From a virus, in IMG/VR virus record IMGVR_UViG_3300013099_000017, positions 64,001 to 128,000 of that record: 64,000 nt of DNA, one strand, 5' to 3'. The notes beneath the pieces were generated by a model. The model worked only from the letters and a program-made list of their open reading frames with translations, ran no database searches and was not told where the DNA came from. Shown here piece after piece: positions 10,190 to 21,258 of this stretch; position 1 is the stretch's first letter; every line of letters starts with the position of its first letter. Made by a program: the position numbers and the translations under genes.

Positions 10190-10594
10190 ATGAAAACTTT
10201 AACGTTAGATTTTTTAAATTGTATTTACAATGGCGAAGGAACATGCAGAACACCAACAGAACAAATGATAAAAGATCCGGTCTTTGCTGGATATGCTCAA
10301 TTAGCTTATTCAGATAAAGTACCAACATATAAGATTATACCTGTACATAAACGTGATCCGAGAACTCCATTAGGTTTGGACTTTTCAAATTTACAAATGT
10401 CATTCAGGAAATTTTATCAAGGTGCATATGTTATTAATGATAATAAAATATCAAGACGTATACTGATTCAAGTTGCAGAAGCATTATCTCAGGTGGAAGT
10501 AAAATTTTTACGTGAAGTATTAAAAGGTAAAATTGGATTTTACTCAAAGCAACAATATTTACTTGATATGGATAGTGCTAATGCCGACATATGA
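10190..10594 (+). CDS. Conserved T4-like protein following rnh
   Basis: ILIQVAEALS..EVKFL resembles the usual rnh neighbour; ACTAAATA upstream. Confidence 0.6.
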   Translation: MKTLTLDFLNCIYNGEGTCRTPTEQMIKDPVFAGYAQLAYSDKVPTYKIIPVHKRDPRTPLGLDFSNLQMSFRKFYQGAYVINDNKISRRILIQVAEALSQVEVKFLREVLKGKIGFYSKQQYLLDMDSANADI

Positions 10595-10829
10595 TTATAA
10601 ATGCAATGAGTGTGGATATTATTTTGAAACATCTTCACCAATGGCAGAAAGACATAATCCAAAATGTTGTCCCAAATGTGGAGCATATGAAAGTAAGCAA
10701 GTCATTACACGGGGCAATGCTGTTTTGGATTCAGTAAGAATGGGTAGAACTAAAGTATCAGAAGGATTTAGGGATACTTTAATCGACATTAAAAAAGAGC
10801 ATCCAGGCTCAACAATTAAAATAAGATAA
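10581..10829 (+). CDS. FmdB-family zinc-ribbon protein
   Basis: MPTYDYKCNECG...CPKCG. Confidence 0.85.
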   Translation: MPTYDYKCNECGYYFETSSPMAERHNPKCCPKCGAYESKQVITRGNAVLDSVRMGRTKVSEGFRDTLIDIKKEHPGSTIKIR

Positions 10830-10840
10830 AGGAATATATA

Positions 10841-12244
10841 ATGAATAAACAAGATGTGTTAGATATAGAACGGTTAAAAGTTGATCGGTTAATTACTTTA
10901 CATGATATTGAATCAAATGAAGAAGAAATAAAACGACTTAAAACTCTTAGTGATCATGATGGGGAATTTTATGAAGAAATGGCTTTAAAATATTCTCAAT
11001 TAGATTTAAAACAAATTGATTTGGATATTGCTAACATTCTGCGTAATTATCCAACAGAGTAATTATATCTCTTAATGGGTATATACATATATATCCATTT
11101 GCTGTATTATTTAGAAAAACTTCCAAAAGGAAAAATATAATGAAAGATCATCCTATTACTTCAAAATGGGTTCAAGAAAATTTTAACATTGATGATGAAC
11201 GTCAAATTCTCAGAGAATTGGATTATTCCGGTGATTTTGTAGATTTGATTGAAGCAGATGTTGGTGATGGTGTATCTATTTCTGAATTTATTGAAATTGT
11301 TAAATCATCATTAAAAGGTCATGATTTTGTGTCCTTTAATGAAATTCGATATTCCGGAACCACATTAGATTTATCAAAATGGGTATCTGCTACTGAAACT
11401 GATAATCAAGTTATTGATCGATTAAAAGTTGAAGAACGGGCAAAACGCAAAGTCATTAAACAGGAAGAACAAGATCGTGTTGATTATGAACGATTGAAAC
11501 TCAGATTTGAACCGAAATCAATAACCAAAGTAAATTTGGATTTACTTGAATGTAGTCAATGTCGATTGGGTAAAAATTATTTAAATCTTTGTGATTTAAC
11601 ACATCCTGAATTTACTGAGTGCTTAGAATATGTTAATAATCATGAGGATTTATAAATGAGAAAACTAGTACCGTCTTATTGGTGGGATTTTGGAAAAGAT
11701 GGTTTTATCATTGTTGAAAGTGATGAAAATGATTTTCCTATTCTTGGTGAATTTGAATATGATGTAAAAGGCTATGCCGATCAAGCCATAAACCAAGCAC
11801 TAAAATTAATTAATGATCTTCGTTCCGGAAGAATTACACCAAAGGAGTGTATTAAAAATGGTTAAAAGTTATGAAAAGTATGATAATCTATTACCATACC
11901 CAAAATTAAAAAATCAAGCGTTTCCTGAACCAAAACGAAAAGATTTTGTTAGTTATACAGAACATGGTATAGCTATGGATGACTGGGAACGAAATCGCTG
12001 TACATATGATGTTGAACGGAAGAAATTGATAAAAGAATATCAAGATGAACAATCTCGAATGATTGCTTTGTTTTTTGATGATTTAATGAGTGAACTTGAT
12101 TGGGATGTTTTACCCAAAGAAAAAATTGATAAATTAAAATCTCATATTTGGGAAGAAGGACATCATGCAGGTTTTCCGGAATGTTATAACGTTGCTTATG
12201 ATATGGTAGAATTGGTTGATGTATTAATTAAAGGATGTAAATAA
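10841..12244 (+). other. Four hypothetical ORFs (10841-11062, 11140-11655, 11656-11865, ~11858-12244)
   Basis: Coupled ORFs with RBSs. Confidence 0.6.
11065..11110 (+). promoter_or_regulatory. Palindrome-class promoter cassette, copy 5
   Basis: ATATCT-CTTAAT-GGGTAT; TATTAT at 11105; CTTCCAAAAGGAAA RBS. Confidence 0.75.
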
Positions 12245-13284
12245 TGTTTAAATTTAAAAAATATGATAAAATTACTAATAGTTATGATGGTAAACATGTT
12301 CGTGCAGTAAAAATGGCTATGCTTGAACAAAACATAGAAGATGTGTGGATTGTTACTGAAAAAATTCATGGTGCTAATTTTGCATGTTATGTAAAGCCCA
12401 ATGAAGATTATATGGATGATACTCCATATTCAATTCAATATGCTTCACGTAATAACTTGTTAAGTGAATCTGAATCCGATGCTTTTTATAATTTCCAGTC
12501 TATTAAAGCAGACGTTAGTGAAAAAGTAAAAGAACTTTATAAAAATATATATGATGGTGATACTGCTGATGTTGATGAAATTATTGTTTATGGTGAATTA
12601 TTTGGTGGTTCATATGATCATCCTGATGTTGAACGTGTAAATCAATCACGGGTACAAAAAGGTGTCATGTATTGTCCGGATTTACATTTCAAGGCGTTTG
12701 ATATTTTTATACGTTATAATGATGGTGATGAAATGTATATGAATCCTGCGTTTTTTAATAAAATTTGTTTTGATGTGGGTGTTGATTATATTCCTGCAAA
12801 ATTGATTGGGACGTTGGATGAATGTTTATCTTATCAAAATGATTTTAATTCTTTGATTTATGTTGATTATGATTTACCTGATGTTGGTGAAAATACATGT
12901 GAGGGTGTTGTCATTAAACCCATATATCCATTTTATGACAATCGTGGCAATCGTGCTATTTTCAAGAACAAAAATGATAAATTCAAAGAAGTTGCAGGCG
13001 AACGTAAAAATAAAGTTACACAACCAATTGAATTATCGGATAAAGATAAAGAACATTTTGAATTGGTTGAACGTTATACCACAATGAATCGTTTGAATAA
13101 TCTTGAATCTAAAATTGGTGAACTTGAAGAAGCTAAACAAATTGGTGAATTCATGAAAGGTATGTGTGTTGATGTTAATGAAGATATCAAATTTGAACTG
13201 GATGTTTTATTAACTAAACGTGCCAAAGGTCATTTAATTAAAATGGTCAAAACTTTAATTATGGAAAAGTTATACAACACTTGA
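12244..13284 (+). CDS. rnlB: RNA ligase 2 (Rnl2 family)
   Basis: Motif I TEKIHGANF, YGELFGG, FKAFDI, EGVVIKP, FKNKNDKFKE. Confidence 0.93.
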   Translation: MFKFKKYDKITNSYDGKHVRAVKMAMLEQNIEDVWIVTEKIHGANFACYVKPNEDYMDDTPYSIQYASRNNLLSESESDAFYNFQSIKADVSEKVKELYKNIYDGDTADVDEIIVYGELFGGSYDHPDVERVNQSRVQKGVMYCPDLHFKAFDIFIRYNDGDEMYMNPAFFNKICFDVGVDYIPAKLIGTLDECLSYQNDFNSLIYVDYDLPDVGENTCEGVVIKPIYPFYDNRGNRAIFKNKNDKFKEVAGERKNKVTQPIELSDKDKEHFELVERYTTMNRLNNLESKIGELEEAKQIGEFMKGMCVDVNEDIKFELDVLLTKRAKGHLIKMVKTLIMEKLYNT

Positions 13285-13322
13285 TCTAGATCAATGTAAG
13301 TTGGTATAACTTATGAGATACT
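13281..13322 (+). promoter_or_regulatory. FNR-box promoter, copy A
   Basis: TTGAT-CTAG-ATCAA, 22 nt, then TGA-GATACT extended -10. Confidence 0.65.
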
Positions 13323-13328
13323 AAATTT

Positions 13329-13395
13329 GTCGTTAAAACATTTAGACATTTAGGCATTTTGTGTCAGGGGGGATTTACAGCTCCCCTTCTTTTTT
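13329..13395 (+). ncRNA. Candidate short RNA or attenuated leader
   Basis: No ORF between the promoter and a terminator-like hairpin; about 67 nt. Confidence 0.3.
13367..13395 (+). terminator. Rho-independent terminator-like hairpin
   Basis: GGGGGGA-TTTACAGC-TCCCCTT followed by CTTTTTT. Confidence 0.65.
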
Positions 13396-13413
13396 CTTTA
13401 AGGAATATATATA

Positions 13414-15414
13414 ATGAATAACGTATTACAATTAACTAATGCAGTCAACTTATTTAAAAACTCCAAACAAACACCAGAAGATTATACAAACTTCATCATG
13501 GTGGTTCAGGGTGTTACCCGTCAAGGTAGTGGATTGATGTGGTCACAAATAAACAAAATATTACTTGAAACATTACAACCCGAAAACACATGGTTGCGTA
13601 TATTTCCTACATATGAAGATTATATGTATGTTGTTGATCAACAATTGGAATCTACATATGGATGTGGTCATGTAGATTTAGATGATTATAACTGGATGGA
13701 TGCATATAATGATGAAGTTGTGCCAAGTGATGTTGTTCAAGAATTCAATCGTTATCATGGTATATTATGAAACTTAATAACATAGTAAATCGGCTTTATG
13801 CATTATCTCAGGCATTTAATTTAGTTGGTAATGAAGTTGTTGCTAAAAAATTAAATGAATGTTGTGAAATTATGGATGATGAAATTCAATCAATTGAATC
13901 TGAATTTGAAGATTATGAAATTACAATTGCCGAGTTAGAAACACCAAAATGGTCTGGAGTAAAACCTACTGAATCCGGTTATTATTTATGGAAAGAATTA
14001 AATAGACCATCTTGTAATATGAATAGACGGATTGCCAAAATTAAAAAAAGTGGTATGGGTTCCGATTTGTTTGTTAGTTTTGAAGAACCTCAATCTGGTT
14101 TAGAAGAATATACAAAATTGTCATTGATTGCAGATCGAGATTGGCTGAAAGTTGGAGAATTGTAATGGCAGGTATTGAAAAAGTATGTGAATATTCAGGG
14201 GATTATGATGGTCATAATATGTATGAATATAAACGTAATCGTATTCAAGTTAATCCAGAATACAGAAAATTATTTAAAGGATTAAAATTTAAATTTTTCA
14301 GATTTTTACCCAATTATGATTTGTCGAATTGGAGAAATAATCCAATGACTGATTATTGTTTATATGTACCTGATTTAAAAGGTCAGGTGGATGGTTTTTA
14401 TTACAATTGGACATATAATGAGTTGGGGATTGTTAGGCGTAAATTACAACGTTTAATGGGTGTCAATAAGTTAAATGAAATTCGTATTCCATTAGCAATG
14501 AATGAAGTGTGGGATTATTGTCACAAAACATCTTTACCTTTTGATGATTTCATGTTAAGATGTGAAACATACTCAAACGATCAATGGTTAGAAATTATTC
14601 GTTTGGCTGAATATGATAAAGTTTTTGGGAAATAAAAATGAAAATTGTTACAGTAACCGATAATTATGATCAAACACATAAAGATGTTTTATATCTTGAA
14701 ACCTTAGATGATTTGGATGAATTTGCAGAACTTAGTAATTCAGAAAATGAAGAAGAAATAAAATTGGCATTAAAAACTGATGTTAAGGAAGATAGATGGG
14801 ATCATTTATTTTCACACACACTTGGTTGTATGGCAACTTCTGTCGGTTTATCAAAAATTACAGGAGCAAATTCGATTATTGGTAGTGGTATTCTATTGGA
14901 ACAGAAACTCAATAGATTCCGTTCTTTACTTGAAAATGGTACTGCCATTATTGTTAATAAACATGGTGGATATTTTCCATGTTATGACTTCATGGATATA
15001 AATATTATCAAGTCTGATGAATATGTTTTGGATAAAACTCAATGGATTAAAATTAAAGATGATACCAAAATAATCAATCTTGAAAATGATATGGTTTTGG
15101 AACAACATTCAATGACTTATATGAGAGCATTGGATAAAAATTATTCATCTATCAGACGGTTGAAAAAATTCAATAAACAGGAATTGACTGAAATTTTTAA
15201 AGCGTTTAAATCCAAAGGTGGTGAAATTGCATATATTTACACCACTGGAATTGATGTTGATCAAATGTATGATTATACAGAAGCATTGATTGATGCAGGT
15301 ATTGAAGATATTCGGTTTGAGTTTAATTCTGGAATTGATGATAAGATTAAACAATTTTTGAATGATTTTAAAGATAAAAAAATAACATTTACTATAATAA
15401 ATGAGGTTCGGTAA
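13414..15414 (+). other. Four hypothetical ORFs (13414-13770, 13767-14165, 14165-14635, 14638-15414)
   Basis: Coupled ORFs; no motifs recognised. Confidence 0.65.
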
Positions 15415-15416
15415 AA

Positions 15417-15812
15417 ATGGCAGGAAATTTAATTTTAATTCGGGGATTACCTGGATCTGGTAAAACAACAATGGCAAAAGAATTGCTGAAAGTTTTGGAT
15501 GCTGTACATGTTGAAGCTGATATGTATTTTATAAATGCCAATGATGGTAATTATAATTTTAATCCAAAATGTTTACATCAAGCTCATTCATGGTGTCGAG
15601 CTATTGCTAGTGAGGGGTTATCTTTAGGTCGTAATATTATTGTTTCTAATACATTTACAACCCAAAAAGAAATGAAACCATATCTTAATATGGATTATGA
15701 TTCTATTGCTATCTTTGAAGCAAAAGGTAAGTATAAATCAATTCATAATGTTCCAAAAGAAACTATCAAAAAAATGAAAGATCGTTGGGTCGATTTATAT
15801 GAAAGTGATTAG
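15417..15812 (+). CDS. P-loop kinase (AAA_33 / polynucleotide-kinase-like)
   Basis: RGLPGSGKTT Walker A, EADMYF, VIVSNTF-like motif, SIHNVP. Confidence 0.85.
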   Translation: MAGNLILIRGLPGSGKTTMAKELLKVLDAVHVEADMYFINANDGNYNFNPKCLHQAHSWCRAIASEGLSLGRNIIVSNTFTTQKEMKPYLNMDYDSIAIFEAKGKYKSIHNVPKETIKKMKDRWVDLYESD

Positions 15813-16223
15813 TTTTATTATTCTGTTGTGTTTGTTTGGTGAAGTTCAATCAAATCCTTTTATTGTTAGTGATGTTGGTCAATACCATAAAACAAATACA
15901 ATGGTTAATTATAATGTAAAACGTGGGATATTAGTTGTCAATAATATTGATGTTCTTTCACAGTATTATGTGAGTGGCAAATTTAAATTAATAACAGATA
16001 TACCTGCAATTGTATTTGAATTGGTTGAATATAATTATGTTCATGAATTTGAAAACCCTGAGTGGCAGGATAAACATTATTCGTTTTTTGATGGAAAAAT
16101 TTTAACTATCGAATATTTAACTATTGATGATGATTCAAATATTTGGGATGAACATTGGAATGTTGAACTTAAACATTTGGGTGGCAATATATTTGAATTG
16201 ATTAATTTAAATAAAGTAAAATA

Positions 16224-16269
16224 ATACCCACAATGGGATATATATTATTTATTATAATTGTTATATAAT
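16224..16269 (+). promoter_or_regulatory. Palindrome-class promoter cassette, copy 6 (site inverted)
   Basis: ATACCC-ACAATG-GGATAT; TATAAT at 16264. Confidence 0.8.
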
Positions 16270-16482
16270 AACACAAATGGAGAATTATTATGCCACAACT
16301 TAAAGTATGTTTTCCACATACAAAATCATGTTATACAGATGCTTGTATTATAATTGACACATATCACAATGATAGTGAGGATGATATAATCAAACGAGCC
16401 AAAGAAAAAATTCAAAATGAAACTAAATTATGTTTTAGTGAATTTGATGGTTATCGTTCTATTCCTACTACAATAAAGAAAG

Positions 16483-16490
16483 TATAAATA
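16483..16490 (+). promoter_or_regulatory. T4-type late promoter
   Basis: TATAAATA upstream of the small membrane ORF at 16516. Confidence 0.5.
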
Positions 16491-17924
16491 GCCTATTAAA
16501 TTATAGGAAAACATAATGTCAAAAGCAACACAAACGATAATTCATTGGGGATTAATTGGGGTTTTAGTATTTTCAACTTACACATTTATTCAATTATATA
16601 ATATAATTGAAAATGATTTACAATATACCACTATTGATGGTGTTAAACATTTAAAGGATATTGATATATGATGGAAAACTTTGAAAAATATGCTATTAAT
16701 ACAGTTATTGTTATTGCGTTAATTACAACAATAGTTTCTTTCGTTTATGGTTTTTGGTATATGAAACGAAGCATTAATGCTTGGTTATATTATGATGGTG
16801 TAACTACTGAGCAAGTTTGTGAAATGGTAAAGCCTGAATACATCAAAGATGGATATTGTAAATGAAATTCAGTGAAAGTTATGTAGGGCAACCAGTTTTT
16901 ATAAAAAACGATACATCTAAATTTGGTTATATTAAGAAATTATCATTTATTGAATATGATGATTCTGATTCTAATATAAATACCATTAATAATATTTATG
17001 TTATAGTTGATCGTGGTGAAACATCAATTGAATATGATATTAAAGAATTAACCCCAGCAAAAGGAAATATGTAATGTATAGAAATTATTTGTATAAATGT
17101 CCAATTTGTAGTCATGAGCAGAATTATTCAGTTGATCGAGTGAATGAACGTTGCTACTGTCAAAAATGTGAAAAAGATGGTAAAGCTGTTTTAATGGATC
17201 AAATTAAAGTAAATAAAGATGTCAAGGTTGAACTATTGATTGAAGATGATTGTAGATGATTGTAGTATTGTCGTTAATAATTAATTCTATTATGGCAGTA
17301 TTTGCTTTATATATGTTATGGACAGGATTAACGTTATTTAAAATGACTGATGAAGAATATTCAAGACATAGGCAATTATTATTACATCCGGAAGAAGATC
17401 ACACAGGCGATACCACAACATCAATTCTTATGGATAAAGATGGAAATGTTATAAGACGGGTACGATGTTCTCTTGGTGCAACAAAAAGATTATTACACAA
17501 AGTATGGAATAGATAATGGTAGACAAACAGAAAGATTTAGTGTATAAAGTATTAATTCATCTTCATGATAAACTTAAACTCAATAAAAAATCTGAGGTAG
17601 TTTTTAAAGAATATATGGATTTTTATAAACAGGAAGAACCTGTAAATGAAAATGATCCAGAAATAATGTATGAAAATTATAAATCATGGTGAAATATTAT
17701 GGAATATTCAAAAAATATTGATTGGGGTGTTAAAATTAATACCGATGGTGAAATATCCATTGGTGCTATTATTGATGGTTATATGCAATATCGGGTTTTT
17801 ACAATTACAGATTTAGAATTCTTTTTAGAAAAAGCAAAAGATCATAAAATGGATTTTGATGATCTTGTTTGTGCATACACTAGAGGTGGGATGTCATTAA
17901 CTGATGCCCTTAAAAAAATTAATC

Positions 17925-18317
17925 ATGGATGAAATTCATTTAAGAAAAAAAGATTTCAAACTTGAATGGTTTAGCGGTACTGGTGCTGGTGGTCAACATA
18001 GAAATAAACATCAAAATTGTTGCAGAATAACTCATATTGAAAGTGGGTTAAAAGCACAAGGTACGGATCATAAATCAAGGGTATCAAATCAAAATGATGC
18101 TTTCATGAAATTAGCTAAAATGGTGATATCATTTTACCATGCAGATAAAATGAAAACACGCATAACAAGATCTGAAACCATTAGAAATTATCATGCTGTT
18201 AGAAATGAAGTTCATGATAAAGCAAGTGGACTAAAACAATCATATAAAGATGTGGTTGAAAATGGAAATTTAGGTAAAATGATTAAAGCCCGAATGGAGG
18301 CAACACATAATGAATAA
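17925..18317 (+). CDS. Stand-alone class I release-factor GGQ-domain protein (ArfB/YaeJ/PrfH-like)
   Basis: GTGAGGQHRNK...CRITHIESG...SR..NQ..A; basic tail IRNYH; lacks the stop-codon-reading domain. Confidence 0.88.
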   Translation: MDEIHLRKKDFKLEWFSGTGAGGQHRNKHQNCCRITHIESGLKAQGTDHKSRVSNQNDAFMKLAKMVISFYHADKMKTRITRSETIRNYHAVRNEVHDKASGLKQSYKDVVENGNLGKMIKARMEATHNE

Positions 18318-18512
18318 TAATACACATTTAACTTTATTGGAATTGAAACAGGAAATAGAACAACTTGATTATATTTTAAATCGAAATGATGTGGTGGATA
18401 TTATAACCACATATATTGACCGTGAAAAACCAATATCAATTGATGAATATAAACGTGACATGGGTTTAAGTTATGCCAATGATTTAGATTTTACCCAAAT
18501 GGGGAATGGTTA

Positions 18513-18695
18513 ATGAAAGTTTATGATTACAAATGTTTAGATAAAGAATGTGGGATCGTAGATGAACGTTTTGTCAAAGATCCAGATGATTTTCAATTTT
18601 GTCAAATATGTGGTTGTGAAATGGAAAAAATGCTATCCGCCCCAGCAATGGTCAAAGGCAATTTTTATAATGATAAGTGTGGTTCTAAAAAATGA
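18513..18695 (+). CDS. Second FmdB-like zinc-ribbon protein
   Basis: YDYKC...CG...CQICG.EM.KM.SAP. Confidence 0.75.
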   Translation: MKVYDYKCLDKECGIVDERFVKDPDDFQFCQICGCEMEKMLSAPAMVKGNFYNDKCGSKK

Positions 18696-18831
18696 AAATT
18701 TTATATTTTTTTGGTAATATCTTATATGTTCTATTACTACCATATTGGTTATACATGTCTAAATTTCATTGGAAGAAAAATAGTTTATTTATATTAGCAC
18801 AATATAAAATGGTTTTAACGGGTAAACTTAC

Positions 18832-19416
18832 ATGAGTTCTACAAATAGAAATGCTGTAAGAAATAAAAACGATTATTATATTACACCAATAAATCAAATT
18901 GAATTATTTTGGGAACATTTTACTAAACATAATTATATTAATTTATATGATTCTGTTCTTGATCCTTCTGCTGGTGGTGATCCGGAACATCCTATTATGC
19001 CTTATCCAAGTGTACTACAATCTCATTTCAATCATCCAATAAAAACGATTGATATTCGGGAAGATAGTATTGCTGAAATCAAGGGAAATTATTTAGACTT
19101 GACAATGGATAAAAAGTATAATATAATCGTTGCTAATCCACCATTTAATTTGGCAATAGATTTTATTAAAAAAGCATTAAATGATGTTGCTATTGATGGA
19201 TATGTAATTATGCTTCTGCGTTTAAATTTCTTTGGTAGTGAAAAGCGTTATAACTTTTTAAAAGATAATATGCCCGAAGAATGTTATGTCCATTCTAAAA
19301 GAATGGGGTTTATTCCAGAACAACCAAATAAAACAGATAGTATTGAATATGCTCATTTTGTTTGGAGAAATAGACACAATAGGGATTATTCAACTAATTT
19401 AAGGATTATAAGATGA
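18832..19416 (+). CDS. DNA amino-methyltransferase (probably N6-adenine)
   Basis: DYYITP, LDPSAG.G, ANPPF catalytic motif, MLLRLNF. Confidence 0.85.
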   Translation: MSSTNRNAVRNKNDYYITPINQIELFWEHFTKHNYINLYDSVLDPSAGGDPEHPIMPYPSVLQSHFNHPIKTIDIREDSIAEIKGNYLDLTMDKKYNIIVANPPFNLAIDFIKKALNDVAIDGYVIMLLRLNFFGSEKRYNFLKDNMPEECYVHSKRMGFIPEQPNKTDSIEYAHFVWRNRHNRDYSTNLRIIR

Positions 19417-19652
19417 TATTAATGGAAGAAATTGGAAAAAATGGGGAACGGTTTACACAAGAAATTTATACTATGTGTAAAATGCACAACATGACACATC
19501 TTGATGCTATTACCTTATTTTGTGAAGAACATGATATGGATGTGCAGGATGTAATTCCTTTAATTGGTTCAACATTAAAAGAACAAATTAGAATGGAAGC
19601 AGAAAAAAGAAGGATGCTTGAAGTTGAACACAATACACCAAGTCTTTTTTAA
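19413..19652 (+). CDS. gp33: Late transcription coactivator gp33
   Basis: F..EI...M..LDAI..FCEE.D.D...V..LI...LKE.I..EA pattern of the gp33 family. Confidence 0.8.
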   Translation: MILMEEIGKNGERFTQEIYTMCKMHNMTHLDAITLFCEEHDMDVQDVIPLIGSTLKEQIRMEAEKRRMLEVEHNTPSLF

Positions 19653-19685
19653 TTATTCGTAAATTTCCAATAGAGGATTAATATA

Positions 19686-20099
19686 ATGTATTCAAATGAT
19701 GATTTAACTGTTGATATTCTATCTATCTATAGAGATAGAATTAATCGAGTTTTAAAACAATTTCCAATTAAATTAGTATCTAACACAACTCATATTATTG
19801 ATAGATTGAAAGATCGTGATTTAAATAATATGGATTTACGAACTGTATTGCAATTATTGTATAGAACGTATTTGCCTGAGTTTATTTATTTGGCAACATT
19901 GGAAGAAACCAAAAGACCATTTAAAATTGAAATTAAAAATGAACACATTATTATTGTGTTAAGTCGTATTGATGAATATAAATGGAAAATCAATACTGTA
20001 CTTGATCCGAAGATTCACAGTAAACACGAAAAAACTGGTAATTATCAAAAATACATTAATACAGATATACCACTTTCGGGAGACATGGTAAAATGGTAA
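19686..20099 (+). CDS. Hypothetical protein with an H..DR...R motif
   Basis: THIIDRLKDR and C-terminal INTV; function not assignable. Confidence 0.6.
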   Translation: MYSNDDLTVDILSIYRDRINRVLKQFPIKLVSNTTHIIDRLKDRDLNNMDLRTVLQLLYRTYLPEFIYLATLEETKRPFKIEIKNEHIIIVLSRIDEYKWKINTVLDPKIHSKHEKTGNYQKYINTDIPLSGDMVKW

Positions 20100-20301
20100 A
20101 AAATTATTATGGCAGAAACACAAGGGTTTATCAAAAAGGGAAAAATCAACACAAACTTCCTATGCCAAAATTAGTAAGAAATGAAGTTGAAAATAATACT
20201 GAATATTTGGAAAACTATTCTTTAAATAACTTACTTAAAATAATGTTATATCTTGTCGTATTTTTTGTTATTATGATAGCAACATTCATGGACTAATGTT
20301 A

Positions 20302-20559
20302 ATGAATCAAACAAAATTATAAAGTTTATTAGAAACCTCTGTCAATATAGCAAGTGGATTTATTGTATCTTTATTTTTATGGTCATTTGTGGTTGCTCCA
20401 TTATGGGGATTAGAAATGAGTACATTTGATAATCTTGGTATTGTTTCAATTTTCACAGTATCAGCAATTGGGCGTGGTTATGTTTGGCGTAGATTCTTTA
20501 ATGCTGGAATACACAAAGCGATACACAAATATGTAAACAAATATGTAAGGAGTTTTTAA
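20302..20559 (+). pseudogene. Small phage membrane protein gene with an in-frame TAA at 20320
   Basis: MNQTKL*SLLETSVNIASGF...RGYVWRRFFN matches a common phage family recalled as starting M.QTK.QS. Confidence 0.6.
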
Positions 20560-21258
20560 TTATGGAATTACCATTTGTATTAAAATTATTTTTCAGTGAA
20601 TTGATGCTTATAATTCTTTTGGCTTTATGTGGTTTATTTTTTTCACTGAATGAAACGTACCAAAAATTCTTAACAGGAATATTATTTGGATTGTGTATTA
20701 TAATGTTAATAACATTATTTTTAGGAGTATGGGGATTTATATGATAGAATTACATAGATTTGATGGGAATAAAATATCATTTATAGCAAGAAATATTTTT
20801 GCAATTGAACCAAATGAATATTCAAAAAAATGCAATACAAATATTTATGTCGTTGGTGATAAAAAAGATAAACCTTCATTTTCCGTATTAGAAAAATATG
20901 AAGATGTTTTACGTGATATGGCAAGATTTTCTTAAAGGAAAAATAATGAATACGATACAAAGTATTGGATTTATTGAATGCAAAAATTAGCAGTTGATTC
21001 AAGAATAAGAATTGAGTTAGAAGGTGTAAAACAATCTGTTCAACACATGTTTAATCAAAACAATGAAGAATTAAATAAAATGGTCATGGATGAAATTGAT
21101 CGACAACTTCAACTGGAATGGGTTCAGGATAAAATTAGATGGTCTGTTGAATCTTGTATCAAAGAAGCAATAGATGATATTTCTAATAACTACCGATTAA
21201 AATCAGCAATTACAGGATTAATCGGAAAATCAATCGAAAAATTAATTAAGGAACCAAA

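Larger units (their letters stand above)
15799..17932 (+). other. Run of small hypothetical ORFs, several membrane or Zn-finger-like
   Basis: ORFs 15799, 16290, 16516, 16668, 16862, 17074, 17256, 17515, 17699. Confidence 0.55.
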
